44,499 nt of DNA from an uncultured Spirochaetaceae bacterium (GCA_964554445.1 CAZKOS010000002.1:35293-79791), one strand, 5' to 3'. Shown: positions 33,776 through 43,073, numbered from the stretch's first letter. Made by a program: numbers and translations. Notes: a model not told the origin generated them from the letters alone.

Positions 33776-33862
33776 CAAGATCCGTCTCCGTTTTCCGCTC
33801 TGATGTTCTTTATTTCCTTCTCCGTGCTCTCCATTTTCTCCGTGTTCTCCGTGTCCCCTTTC
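33722..33862. repeat. composite palindromic element B: inverted arrays of CACGGAG short units around a 43-nt spacer
   Basis: Left arm 33722-33772 and right arm 33816-33862 are imperfect reverse complements (GGACACGGAG.ACACGGAGA...CACGGAG..AAGG). The terminal CCCCTTTCTT resembles the terminus of element A. Confidence 0.85.
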
Positions 33863-33960
33863 TTAAGCCGGGTTGCAAGCGTGAGGATAAATGGAAGCGG
33901 GGGGACGTATTGACAAAAGTAAACGAATAAAACAAAATACTTTCAAGGTTGGGAACGAGG

Positions 33961-34707
33961 ATGAAATCAAAGGCAAAGATACTGATCGTTGACGACGAGC
34001 CGATCAACCTGGAATTTTTCGACGTCATGCTCAGCAAACTGGGCTTCCTGGTCGAAAAAGCGGACGACGGCGACGTGGCGCTGGAGAAAATCAAGGCGGC
34101 GGAGCCGGATTTGATCATTTTGGACAATATCATGCCCCGCGTCAGCGGCTGGGAAGTGACCAAAATTCTCAAGCACGACAAGCATTACGCGAAATACCGC
34201 ACCATCCCCATCATCATGTTTTCCGCGATGAACGAGGTGAAGGATAAAATCGAGGGGTTGGAGCTGGGGGTTGACGATTACATCACCAAACCCTTCAATT
34301 TCTCCGAAGTGCTCGCGCGCATCCGCGTCGTGCTGCGCAACCGCGAGCTCTCCCAGCAGCTCGCCCGGCGCGAGCTTCGCATCGGCGTGGTGGAATCGCT
34401 CAATAAATCGCTCATTTACTTCACGCAGCACATCAAGACCCCGATCTCGAAGCTCTTGAGCAAAGCGGAGAAGATCAAGGCGCCGGATTCCAAGGAAATC
34501 AAGGATCTGATCGAATTCATCAAATCGGAAAGCCGCGAAATCACCGCCACCCTCTCCGGTCTCGAGGACGAGATCAAGGAGCTGCAGGGCAAGGGGGACG
34601 ACCTCAAGCGCGGCGATCTCACGGTCGAGGACCTGGAAGCCAAATTCCAGAAACATTTCCAGGACTGGAAGGAAAAAGAAAAGGATTTCGAGGGAGTCAA
34701 AAGGTGA
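33961..34707 (+). CDS. response regulator receiver protein with C-terminal helical (H-box-like) domain
   Basis: REC domain: ILIVDDEP, phospho-acceptor in LIILDNIMP, and KPF. The C-terminal about 110 aa is coiled and contains FTQHIKTPISKLL. Start is the ATG at 33961 or the TTG at 33949. Confidence 0.88.
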   Translation: MKSKAKILIVDDEPINLEFFDVMLSKLGFLVEKADDGDVALEKIKAAEPDLIILDNIMPRVSGWEVTKILKHDKHYAKYRTIPIIMFSAMNEVKDKIEGLELGVDDYITKPFNFSEVLARIRVVLRNRELSQQLARRELRIGVVESLNKSLIYFTQHIKTPISKLLSKAEKIKAPDSKEIKDLIEFIKSESREITATLSGLEDEIKELQGKGDDLKRGDLTVEDLEAKFQKHFQDWKEKEKDFEGVKR

Positions 34708-34925
34708 TCTCTCCCGAGGTGAAAAAAGTGCTGGAGCTCTTCCAGGAAGGCCGGAAGCTCTACAACCTGAGGCGGTTCGCCGAGGCAAAGGAATTTTTCA
34801 AAGAGGCGCTCGCCGTCAAGTCCAACGACGGTCCGTCGAAAGAGTTCATCGAGCGTTGCGACGTGTTCATCGCCAACCCGCCCCCCGAGGATTGGGACGG
34901 CGTCTACGACATGAAGACGAAATAA
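34704..34925 (+). CDS. small helical (TPR-like) protein ending in PPEDWDGVYDMKTK
   Basis: 73 aa. GTG start 7 nt after GAGGGAG, overlapping the stop of the response regulator. Confidence 0.6.
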   Translation: MISPEVKKVLELFQEGRKLYNLRRFAEAKEFFKEALAVKSNDGPSKEFIERCDVFIANPPPEDWDGVYDMKTK

Positions 34926-34980
34926 ACCGGCGCCGCCCTCCCGGGTGCGGGGCCGCTGCAGTTTTTACATACGGACGGAT

Positions 34981-35439
34981 ATGGCTAAAATCACGGAACA
35001 CTCACGGATCGAAGAAGCGACCACGCTCGGTCGAGAAACGAATTTTCAAGGAACGCTTCGTTTCACCGAATCGTTGCGCATCCTCGGGAGATTTTCGGGC
35101 GAAATCATTTCTCCCGGTCGGCTGGTGGTCGAGGAGGGGGCGGAGGTGAAGGCCTCCATCCGCGTCGGATCGGTCGTCGTCGGCGGCGTCATCCGCGGCA
35201 ACATCACGGCCAAAAACAAGCTGGAGATGCTCGCCACCGGGAAGGTCATCGGCAATATCAGAACCGCCAAGCTGAAAATCGCGGACGGCGTCGTGTTCGA
35301 AGGCAAATGCGAAATGATCAAGGACCCCGACTCGATCGACATCTTCAGCGAGAGCGCGGAAAGCCTGAAAAAAAACATCGAGCAGGCGAACGCGCGCCCG
35401 GACAACCAGGCGGCCGCCGCCGACGGAACGTCCGCTTGA
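34981..35439 (+). CDS. bactofilin (DUF583) cytoskeletal protein, second paralogue
   Basis: Start set at MAKITEHSR. Repetitive G.I...G.L.V..GA.V...I.VGSVVVGG.I.GNI pattern. Confidence 0.88.
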   Translation: MAKITEHSRIEEATTLGRETNFQGTLRFTESLRILGRFSGEIISPGRLVVEEGAEVKASIRVGSVVVGGVIRGNITAKNKLEMLATGKVIGNIRTAKLKIADGVVFEGKCEMIKDPDSIDIFSESAESLKKNIEQANARPDNQAAAADGTSA

Positions 35440-35516
35440 CGAATGAGAGGTTTGCCTGATGCGCGCGCCGCGGCGGGGCGGATTTCATCGTCTCGCGGGC
35501 GCCGGGAGGAGAGCCG

Positions 35517-35542
35517 CCGTCGGAAACGCCGATCGGTTTTTT
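35517..35542 (+). terminator. rho-independent terminator after bactofilin 2
   Basis: CCGTCGG-AAACG-CCGATCGG stem (one bulge) followed by TTTTTT. Confidence 0.5.
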
Positions 35543-35705
35543 CCCCGGCGCGCGGACGGCGGTTTTTCGTCCGGGAGCGGAATACGAACGGCCGCCGTGA
35601 GCGACGGCGGGTCGTGTTGATGGAAAGTGAAGTCCCGGTATAAAGCGTACAATGTGGATGAAAGAAAAATCGCGGAACGGTATCGGCCGCCGGGTTGACA
35701 TTCGT

Positions 35706-35734
35706 CTTGACTCCCGGACAATTTGGTGATATAC
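35706..35734 (+). promoter_or_regulatory. putative sigma70 promoter of rho
   Basis: TTGACT 35706-35711, 17-nt spacer, TATACT 35729-35734. Another TTGACA sits at 35694. Confidence 0.55.
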
Positions 35735-35823
35735 TGTGGGTAAGAATAAATCAAATCCGGCAAACTTCTTTACGTGGCTCCATACACTATCTCAAATAAA
35801 AGTGATTTCCGGAGAGAGGCTAC

Positions 35824-37491
35824 ATGGAAACAACCAGCAAAAAACTCAACCCTGCATTGAATACGGAAAAACCGTCGTCTGAAGGAGCGGCTGTGGGCGA
35901 AAAAGAAAGAGGCGAACATACGAACTCCATTGAGAAGAACAAGAACGAGGGGAAACGGATCGTTCGAAGAAAAAAATTGAAGGTCGAGCTGATCAAGGAC
36001 GGCGAGAACGGCCATGAAAAGGATTCCGGCGCCGACGTCTTTGGTGAGTACCACGACAATGGGAACGGGCGGACGAAGGACGCTCCACCCGCCGCCGGTC
36101 CGGCCTTCTCCGCCAATGGAACAGAGGTGAGCATGAAGAAAATTCCGGATGCAAAAAACAACGTCAGCCCGGTCAACAACGATCCGTACGCGTTCCCCAC
36201 GAACGGTGACGGCGAACGGATCAACATCAACGACCTGTCCAAAAAAAACGTGGTTGAGCTCCGCGAGATCGCCCAGCGGCTCGAGGTGAACCAGGAGAAT
36301 CTCATCAACCTGAAAAAGCAGGAGCTCATCTTCTCAATTCTCAAGGCGCACACGGAAAAAGGCGGCCTCATCTACGCCTTCGGGGCGCTTGAAATTCTCC
36401 CCGACGGGTACGGGTTCCTCCGTTCGCCCAATTACAGCTACCTGCCGGGACCGGACGATATCTACATCTCCCCGTCCCAAATCAGGCTTTTCAATCTGAA
36501 GACCGGCGACACGGTGGCCGGCCAGATCCGCCCGCCCAAGGAGGGCGAGCGCTTTTTCGCCATGCTGCGCGTGGAATCGGTCAATTTCGACGACCCGCAG
36601 GTGGCCCAGACGCGCATTCCCTTCGACAACCTGACCCCCCTCTATCCCGACGCGAAACTGCACCTGGAGACCAGCACCGACAACATCTCGAGCCGGCTCA
36701 TCGACCTTTTCTGTCCGATCGGGAAGGGCCAGCGCGGTCTCGTCGTCTCCCCCCCGCGCACGGGCAAAACCATTCTCCTGCAGAAGATCGCCAATTCCAT
36801 CACCACCAATCACCCCGAGGTGTTTCTCATCGTCCTGTTGATCGACGAGCGGCCCGAGGAAGTGACGGACATGCAGCGTAACGTCAAGGGCGAGGTGGTT
36901 TCCTCGACCTTCGACGAGCAGTCCACCCGCCACGTCCAGGTGGCGGAAATGGTCATCGAAAAGGCGAAGCGGCTGGTGGAGCACAAGCGCGACGTGGTGA
37001 TCCTCCTCGATTCGATCACCCGCCTGGCGCGCGCCTACAATCAGACCGTACCCACCTCCGGCAAGATCCTTTCCGGCGGCGTCGATTCGAACGCCCTCCA
37101 CAAGCCCAAGCGGTTTTTCGGCGCGGCCCGCAACATCGAGCACGGCGGCAGCCTCACCATCGTCGCCACCGCCCTCATCGAGACCGGCAGCCGCATGGAC
37201 GAGGTCATCTTCGAGGAATTCAAGGGCACCGGCAACAGCGAAATCATTCTCGACCGGCGTCTCTCCGACCGGCGCCTCTTCCCGGCCATCAACATCAAGA
37301 AATCCGGCACCCGCAAGGAAGAGCTGCTCCTGTCGGAGGAAGAGCTCAACAAGATGTGGGTCCTGCGCAAGGTCATCAATCCCATGGACGACGTCGAAAT
37401 CATCGAGCTCCTTATTGACAGGATGCGGAAAAGCAAGAATAATGAGTCCTTCCTGCGCTCGATGAATACATCGTCTGTGGCGGAAGGTTAA
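35824..37491 (+). CDS. rho: transcription termination factor Rho with about 133-aa N-terminal extension
   Basis: 555 aa. Rho_N ([16 protein letters not shown]), the CSD-like RNA-binding region, Walker A SPPRTGKT, and the conserved C-terminus. Confidence 0.97.
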   Translation: METTSKKLNPALNTEKPSSEGAAVGEKERGEHTNSIEKNKNEGKRIVRRKKLKVELIKDGENGHEKDSGADVFGEYHDNGNGRTKDAPPAAGPAFSANGTEVSMKKIPDAKNNVSPVNNDPYAFPTNGDGERININDLSKKNVVELREIAQRLEVNQENLINLKKQELIFSILKAHTEKGGLIYAFGALEILPDGYGFLRSPNYSYLPGPDDIYISPSQIRLFNLKTGDTVAGQIRPPKEGERFFAMLRVESVNFDDPQVAQTRIPFDNLTPLYPDAKLHLETSTDNISSRLIDLFCPIGKGQRGLVVSPPRTGKTILLQKIANSITTNHPEVFLIVLLIDERPEEVTDMQRNVKGEVVSSTFDEQSTRHVQVAEMVIEKAKRLVEHKRDVVILLDSITRLARAYNQTVPTSGKILSGGVDSNALHKPKRFFGAARNIEHGGSLTIVATALIETGSRMDEVIFEEFKGTGNSEIILDRRLSDRRLFPAINIKKSGTRKEELLLSEEELNKMWVLRKVINPMDDVEIIELLIDRMRKSKNNESFLRSMNTSSVAEG

Positions 37492-37506
37492 CCGAAGGAG
37501 TCATGC

Positions 37507-37710
37507 ATGAGGAAAGACATACATCCCGCCTATAAAATGGCCACCATTACCTGCGCCTGCGGCAATGAGATCAGAACGCGATCCACCGTGGAGAAGATCT
37601 CCGTTGAAATCTGTTCCGCCTGTCATCCCTTTTTCACCGGCAAGCAGAAGCTCGTGGACACGGCCGGGCGCATCGAACGGTTTAAGAAGAAGTACAAGAT
37701 CAAGGAATAA
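37507..37710 (+). CDS. rpmE: 50S ribosomal protein L31 (zinc-binding type)
   Basis: 67 aa. MRKDIHPAY...CACGNEI...[13 protein letters not shown]. Confidence 0.96.
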   Translation: MRKDIHPAYKMATITCACGNEIRTRSTVEKISVEICSACHPFFTGKQKLVDTAGRIERFKKKYKIKE

Positions 37711-37807
37711 TTCCTTTTCATCCCGAATTTTTTTTAGTACTTTCCCAGGCAAAGAGAACCGCCATCGCGCCGCGGCATTGACGCTCGGCGCGGGTTGAGG
37801 AGGACGC

Positions 37808-39916
37808 ATGAAGACCTACGCGTACGGGTTTCCCCGCCTTGGGAAAAACCGCGAGTACAAGAAAGCGCTCGAATCATTCTGGGGCGGAAAGACTCAAGCC
37901 GCCGACCTGCGGCGTTCTCTCGTCCGCATCGAGGAAGAGCGGCGCGAGGCGTATTCCGCGGTGGATCTCGCCCCGCAGGGGGAAACGTCCCTCTACGACC
38001 CCGTCGCGGACGCCGTCTTCATGTTCGGCGTGGAGCCCTGGACGGGCGAGGCGGGGTATTACGATTTCTGCCGCGGCCCTCACGCCGCCGCCATGACCAA
38101 GTATTTCAACACCAACTACCATTACCTTCGGCCGCGGATCGCCGCGCCGCGATTCTCCTTCGCCTGGGACAAATTCGAGTACCTGGGTTTGAAGCAACCG
38201 GCGCTCCTCAGCCTGGTCGGACCTTTCACCTTCCTGAAACTCTCCGCGCTCCTCGTTCCGCTGTCCGACTGCGTCGCGCCGCTCGCCGACGCCTACGCGG
38301 CGCTGTTCGAGCGCTACCCGGACGCCCTCTTTCAGCTCGAGGAACCCGCCTTCGTCCTGGAGCTCGACCGGGAGGAGACTGACGCCGCGCTCGCCCTCTA
38401 TCGCCGCCTGGAGAAACAACTGTCCAGGATCATCTGCTTGACCTACTATGATTGCGTGGACGCGCCCGCGCTCCTCAGCCTCGGATTCAAAGCCTGGGGG
38501 CTGGATTTCGTGCACGGTCCGCGCAACCTGGAACATCTCGCCCGCCTGCCCGCCGGGACGGAGCTCATCGTCGGACTCATTGACGGCCGCAATGTGTTTC
38601 CGAAGGACGACGCGGCCGCGGCCCGGACCCTGGCGGCCGTCCGCGCCGCGTTTCCGGGCGACGTCCGGATCTCCAATGCCGCGCCGTTGTCCCACCTGCC
38701 GTACTCGACGCAAAACGAGAGCCGGCCTGAAATTCGGGAGAACTTTCGCTTCGCCCTCGAAAAGCTCGACGAGATCGCCGGGTACGCATCGGTCGACCCG
38801 GGCGCCCGCGCCGCCGCCGGAGAGGCGGCCGGACGAAAGGAATCGTTCTCGTTTCCGGACGCCGCGCGCGCCCCGTACGAGGAGAGGCGGCGACGGCAGC
38901 GCGACCTGGGCCTGCCGCTTTTTCCGACCACGACCATCGGCAGTTTTCCGCAATCGGACGAGGTGCGGAAGGCGAGGAACGAATTCCGCAAGGGCCGGAC
39001 GAGCGCGGAGGAATTCACGCGTTTCATCAGGGACAAGATAGGCGAAGTGATCCGCTACCAGGAGGAGCGCGGCTTCGACGTGCTGGTGCACGGGGAGTTC
39101 GAGCGCACCGACATGGTCGAGTTTTTCGCGGAGAAGCTCGAGGGCGTGCTCACCACCGACTCGGGCTGGGTCATCTCCTACGGCAGCCGGGTCTACCGCC
39201 CGCCCATCATCAGGGGCGACGTCAAGCGAACCGGTCCCATGACGATCCCAGAAATCGCCTACGCCCAGAGCCTTACCCGCCGGCCGGTCAAGGGCATGCT
39301 CACCGGCCCGGTGACCATCATCGCCTGGAGCTACGTCAATCCCTACCTGCCGATCGAGCGGATCGCCTACGAGCTGGCCCGGGCCCTGAACGAGGAAGTG
39401 GGGGACTACCTGGCGGCCGGCATCCGGATCGTCCAGATCGACGAGCCGGCTTTCCGCGAGCGGGCGCCGGTGAAAAAGCGGGACTGGCCCGCCTACTTCG
39501 ACTGGGCGGTCAAGGCCTTCCGCGTGGCGGCCCAGTCTTCTCCCGAGGCCCAAATCCACACCCACATGTGCTACTCCGCTTTCGACGAGATCATCGGCGA
39601 GATCGACAAGCTCGACGCCGACGTCATCAGCATCGAGGCGGCCCGGAGCGGGGGCCGGATCGTCGAGGCCTTCGAGTCGATCGGGTACGCGCGCGGCATC
39701 GGCATCGGCGTCTGGGACATCCATTCGCCGCAGGCTCCCGACAAGGAGCGGATGCGGGCGGTGATCGAGCGCGCCGTCGAAAAGCTCCCCCGGGAAAGCG
39801 TCTGGATCAACCCGGACTGCGGCCTCAAGACGAGAAAATGGGACGAGATCGGCGAACCGCTGGCCGCCATTCCCGAATTGGCGCGGGAATTGCGGGAAGA
39901 GCATAAAAATCCCTGA
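37808..39916 (+). CDS. metE: cobalamin-independent methionine synthase
   Basis: 702 aa. N-terminus YGFPRLGKNREYKKALE. The C-terminal domain has TTIGSFPQ, HTHMCYS and NPDCGLKTR zinc-ligand motifs. Confidence 0.93.
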   Translation: MKTYAYGFPRLGKNREYKKALESFWGGKTQAADLRRSLVRIEEERREAYSAVDLAPQGETSLYDPVADAVFMFGVEPWTGEAGYYDFCRGPHAAAMTKYFNTNYHYLRPRIAAPRFSFAWDKFEYLGLKQPALLSLVGPFTFLKLSALLVPLSDCVAPLADAYAALFERYPDALFQLEEPAFVLELDREETDAALALYRRLEKQLSRIICLTYYDCVDAPALLSLGFKAWGLDFVHGPRNLEHLARLPAGTELIVGLIDGRNVFPKDDAAAARTLAAVRAAFPGDVRISNAAPLSHLPYSTQNESRPEIRENFRFALEKLDEIAGYASVDPGARAAAGEAAGRKESFSFPDAARAPYEERRRRQRDLGLPLFPTTTIGSFPQSDEVRKARNEFRKGRTSAEEFTRFIRDKIGEVIRYQEERGFDVLVHGEFERTDMVEFFAEKLEGVLTTDSGWVISYGSRVYRPPIIRGDVKRTGPMTIPEIAYAQSLTRRPVKGMLTGPVTIIAWSYVNPYLPIERIAYELARALNEEVGDYLAAGIRIVQIDEPAFRERAPVKKRDWPAYFDWAVKAFRVAAQSSPEAQIHTHMCYSAFDEIIGEIDKLDADVISIEAARSGGRIVEAFESIGYARGIGIGVWDIHSPQAPDKERMRAVIERAVEKLPRESVWINPDCGLKTRKWDEIGEPLAAIPELARELREEHKNP

Positions 39917-39946
39917 GGCGCGAAGGAGTCTCAGCCCGAGCGGCGT

Positions 39947-40474
39947 CTAGGAAAGATCTTCGGACAACAGATCCATATAAATGATATCGTACACTTTCCT
40001 TTCGATTTCGATCGCCCGCCGGCGCCGCCCTATCATCTTGAATCCCACTTTCTGGTAGCATGAAATCGCGCGTTCATTGAATTCGAACACCCGCAGCATG
40101 ATATTCCGGATGTTCAGATAGTCGAAGGCGAAACGGGCGAGGAGACGAAGAGCCTCCGTTCCGAAGCCTTTCCCCCAATAGCTTTTGTCCCCGATGAAGA
40201 TGCCGATTTCGCAGCGGCGATGCAAAAAATCGAGGTCGTGCAGGCCGACGCCGCCGATGAGGGCGTCGTTTCCGAGATCGTGGATACCGTAATTGTGGTC
40301 CTTCGATATTTTTTCCAGCGTCTCCCGCTCGTGTTTTTCATTGAGGGACCACGAAAAAGCGAGGAGGTTCCTGGTCACTTCCAGGTCGTTGAACCAGGCC
40401 GTGTAGAGAGAGACGTCGTTTTCGTCGATCGGCGCCAGGTAGCATTTTTCGCCTGTCAGCTTTTTATAATACAT
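39947..40474 (-). CDS. GNAT family N-acetyltransferase (RimJ/RimL-like)
   Basis: 175 aa. IGIFIGDKSYWGKGFGTEALRLL...FNERAISCYQKVGF. Confidence 0.88.
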   Translation of the reverse strand: MYYKKLTGEKCYLAPIDENDVSLYTAWFNDLEVTRNLLAFSWSLNEKHERETLEKISKDHNYGIHDLGNDALIGGVGLHDLDFLHRRCEIGIFIGDKSYWGKGFGTEALRLLARFAFDYLNIRNIMLRVFEFNERAISCYQKVGFKMIGRRRRAIEIERKVYDIIYMDLLSEDLS

Positions 40475-40492
40475 CCTTCCACCTTCGCGGCA

Positions 40493-41917
40493 TCATGCGA
40501 TCGGGCGTTTCATCGCCTTGGACAACACCTCGTTCAAAGACGTCCTTTGACGGCAATTTGTGAAAAGGAACGCTTCCGCCATCATTTTCTCGATCGCGTG
40601 CGGCGTCATGTCCTTGAAACGGCGGGCAAAAAGGGGCGAGAGGAAGCCCGCGGTCAGGGCGTAAAAACCCGTGTGGACGAGCCGCCATCGAAACTCCTTG
40701 AAATCCAACCCCGAGCCGGGCAGGGCTTCCGCGAGCCGGTCCACGTACGCCGCGAGGTCCCCGGCCAAGGGGCTCCGGCCGCGCGCGGTCCAGGCGTCGA
40801 TGCCCAGGCGGCGCTTGGTCTCGCTGACGGGCGCGATCCGCTCCAGGTATTCGCATTCGGCCTGAGGCGCGACGAGGCCCATGACGTCGATGTCCTTATA
40901 GGTCCAGATCGTCCAGTGGTGGTCGTGCCGGGCGAAAACGTCGAGCTGATCCGCGAGCGCGTTCAGGCGCGCCCGGTCGGCGGGGGAGGGCGAGGCGAGC
41001 CCGCCGTCGTAGAGGGCGCCGAATTCGCCCACCCAGCCCGGCACGGACCGCGAGAGGATCCAGGCATTGCTCTTCCGGAAGGCGGCTTCGATGTTCGATT
41101 TGTCCCAGGGGACGCCCTCGATTTCGCCCGGATAGGTCTCCCCCTTGTGAGTGATGTCCAGGTAATTGTGGGAGGAGTACACGGTGTTGTCGTCGGCTGG
41201 TTCGCTGAACCCCTCGAACGTGCGGGCGTAATCGTTGCCGTCCAGGAAAATGATATGCCGGCGGTCGATCCGGCGCACGGCCTCGGTCCAATCGCGGTAG
41301 AGCCGGTTGATCGCGGCCGGATCCCGGACGTTCGGCTCGTTCAGGAAATTGTATCCCGCCACCGCGGGCTCGTCGCGGTAGCGGGAGGCGATGCGCTCCC
41401 AGAGGCCCTTCGCCCAGTCCTGCGCCGGGCGGGACAGCCAGAACACGCTGACGCCGTGAGGGTTATCGGAGTGCCAGCCCTCGTTCTGCCAGAGCGGGGC
41501 GGCGTGCAGATCGAGAATGACGTAGAGGCCGTGTTTTTTCGCCCAGGCGACGGCCGCGTCGAGGTAATGAAATCCGCCCTCGTCGTAAGCGCCGGCGGCG
41601 AACCGGTCGCCGGCCTTCCCGACGACCGCGAAATGCCGGCAGCCGAAGGGAACGCGCACCGCGGTGGCGCCCAGAGCGCTGAGGAATTCGAAATCGGCCT
41701 CGGTGACGAAGCTGTCGAGGAAGGAGCGGAAAAACGCCGCGGACCGCTCCCCGCCGAGCTCGGCCCGCACGGCGCCGCGGAGGTCGTCTTCCGCGCCGGG
41801 GTAGCCGGTGATGAAGTTTTCCATGTTGAGCCAGCCGCCCAGGCAGACACCGCGCAGCATGGTTTTTTCGCCCGTGCCGGTCAGGATTTCCTTCCCATTG
41901 ACCCGCAGAAATTCCAT
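40493..41917 (-). CDS. glycoside hydrolase family 5 protein, no signal peptide
   Basis: Start set at MEFLRVNGKEIL after GGAGGA. Catalytic-type motifs NFLNEPN and WVGEFGA. Confidence 0.88.
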   Translation of the reverse strand: MEFLRVNGKEILTGTGEKTMLRGVCLGGWLNMENFITGYPGAEDDLRGAVRAELGGERSAAFFRSFLDSFVTEADFEFLSALGATAVRVPFGCRHFAVVGKAGDRFAAGAYDEGGFHYLDAAVAWAKKHGLYVILDLHAAPLWQNEGWHSDNPHGVSVFWLSRPAQDWAKGLWERIASRYRDEPAVAGYNFLNEPNVRDPAAINRLYRDWTEAVRRIDRRHIIFLDGNDYARTFEGFSEPADDNTVYSSHNYLDITHKGETYPGEIEGVPWDKSNIEAAFRKSNAWILSRSVPGWVGEFGALYDGGLASPSPADRARLNALADQLDVFARHDHHWTIWTYKDIDVMGLVAPQAECEYLERIAPVSETKRRLGIDAWTARGRSPLAGDLAAYVDRLAEALPGSGLDFKEFRWRLVHTGFYALTAGFLSPLFARRFKDMTPHAIEKMMAEAFLFTNCRQRTSLNEVLSKAMKRPIA

Positions 41918-42071
41918 ACATCCTCCAACCTCGCAGAGCCGCCGCAAAACGGCCGCTCCGCCGTCATGATGCAAAACGCGCCGGGGATGCCGCAGAGAGC
42001 GGCGTGCCCGGCGGCGTTCGAATAATCGAAAGTCGAGGAGGCGCTGTGAACGCGGCCTGCCCGGAGGGCGG

Positions 42072-42767
42072 TCAGCCGCGTTTATCCTTCACCTGGACGG
42101 GGGACCCGGAGAGGGTGCCCAGGAGCTCCTTGAACGACCAGAAAACCTGTTTCTTTCCCGGATAGCTGATCTTCCAACTCGTGCCCGAACTGTCGACGAT
42201 GCGGTTGACGGAGGGGATCTCCTTGGGGAGCTTGCCCGCGAACTCGTAATCGTCGGTATAAATCACGAACGTGAAGATCTTGTTGATCTCCGGCGAGGCG
42301 AGAAGCTTCGCCATGCGGATGCGGCGCACCTCCCGTTCCTTCCGGGCGAAATTCTTGTTGAGGATGCTCATCATGATGAAGGCGCGCAGGTGATCCTGGT
42401 TCTTGAGAAGGTCGAGGATTTTCTTCTTGGGCTCCACGAGAATGTAGATCCAGACGTTTTTTTTGGGGAATACGAGCACGTAGTCGAAAACGAGCTGTTT
42501 GTAGATGTCCTTCATGACCTCGGGGACGGGCTCCTTCTGCGTCACGTACCACCACCAGGGGATGATGGGGCGTTTGGGAGTGGACACGACCACTTTGCAG
42601 ACCGAAAGATCCGGTTTGAACCGGCCGGCGGCGGGCAGCTTGCCCTTCCACTTCGAGGGGTGCAGCATCGAAATCTGTTCCATGGCGGCGACGTATCCGT
42701 CCGGATCGTCCCCCGACAGGTTGGCCATCAGGAACGCCTTCAGTTGCAGTAGATCCTTTTTCTCCAT
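42072..42767 (-). CDS. hypothetical protein (231 aa)
   Basis: Start set at MEKKDLLQLK after GGGGGAGG. No motif recognised. Trp-rich PIIPWWWYV segment. Confidence 0.6.
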   Translation of the reverse strand: MEKKDLLQLKAFLMANLSGDDPDGYVAAMEQISMLHPSKWKGKLPAAGRFKPDLSVCKVVVSTPKRPIIPWWWYVTQKEPVPEVMKDIYKQLVFDYVLVFPKKNVWIYILVEPKKKILDLLKNQDHLRAFIMMSILNKNFARKEREVRRIRMAKLLASPEINKIFTFVIYTDDYEFAGKLPKEIPSVNRIVDSSGTSWKISYPGKKQVFWSFKELLGTLSGSPVQVKDKRG

Positions 42768-42854
42768 GTCTGCCTCCCCCGCTTGCGCGGTTTCTTTGAG
42801 GATAGTACAAATTTCTCCGCAATGCAATGCGCACTCCGGCCGGCCGGCGGTCGG

Positions 42855-43073
42855 TTATTTTTTCTTTTTCTTGAGATGGGCGGGCGTCATGCGGTTGACG
42901 GCCACCTTGAAGGCGAAGCGCATGATTTTTTCGGATGAAACGTCGGGCCCGAAGCGTTTTTTCATGATGAGGACGATGGCCTTGAGATCGATTTCACGCA
43001 GAACGAGGTAGATGAGGCGATCGCGTTCTTCGGGCGTCATGTCGTCGTAGGCGACCATGCGGTCAATGTACAC
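42855..43073 (-). CDS. small hypothetical protein (72 aa) with poly-Lys tail
   Basis: ORF upstream of, and co-oriented with, the 231-aa gene. Helical, ends in KKKKK. Coding status moderate. Confidence 0.45.
   Translation of the reverse strand: MYIDRMVAYDDMTPEERDRLIYLVLREIDLKAIVLIMKKRFGPDVSSEKIMRFAFKVAVNRMTPAHLKKKKK

Noticed and set aside
35443-35643. 66-aa Arg-rich ORF between bactofilin 2 and rho
   Set aside because: Low-complexity translation of GC-rich hairpin and terminator sequence, with no RBS.
37711-37807. Riboswitch (cobalamin or SAM) upstream of metE
   Set aside because: There are only 97 nt available. I see no B12 box and none of the conserved SAM-I/II cores I can recall, just a simple CGCGCCG...CGGCGCG stem.
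37874-39904. 676-aa minus-strand ORF
   Set aside because: Exactly antisense to metE, which has unambiguous motifs. Shadow ORF.
40220-42025. 601-aa plus-strand ORF
   Set aside because: Antisense to the GNAT and GH5 genes, with low-complexity shadow composition.
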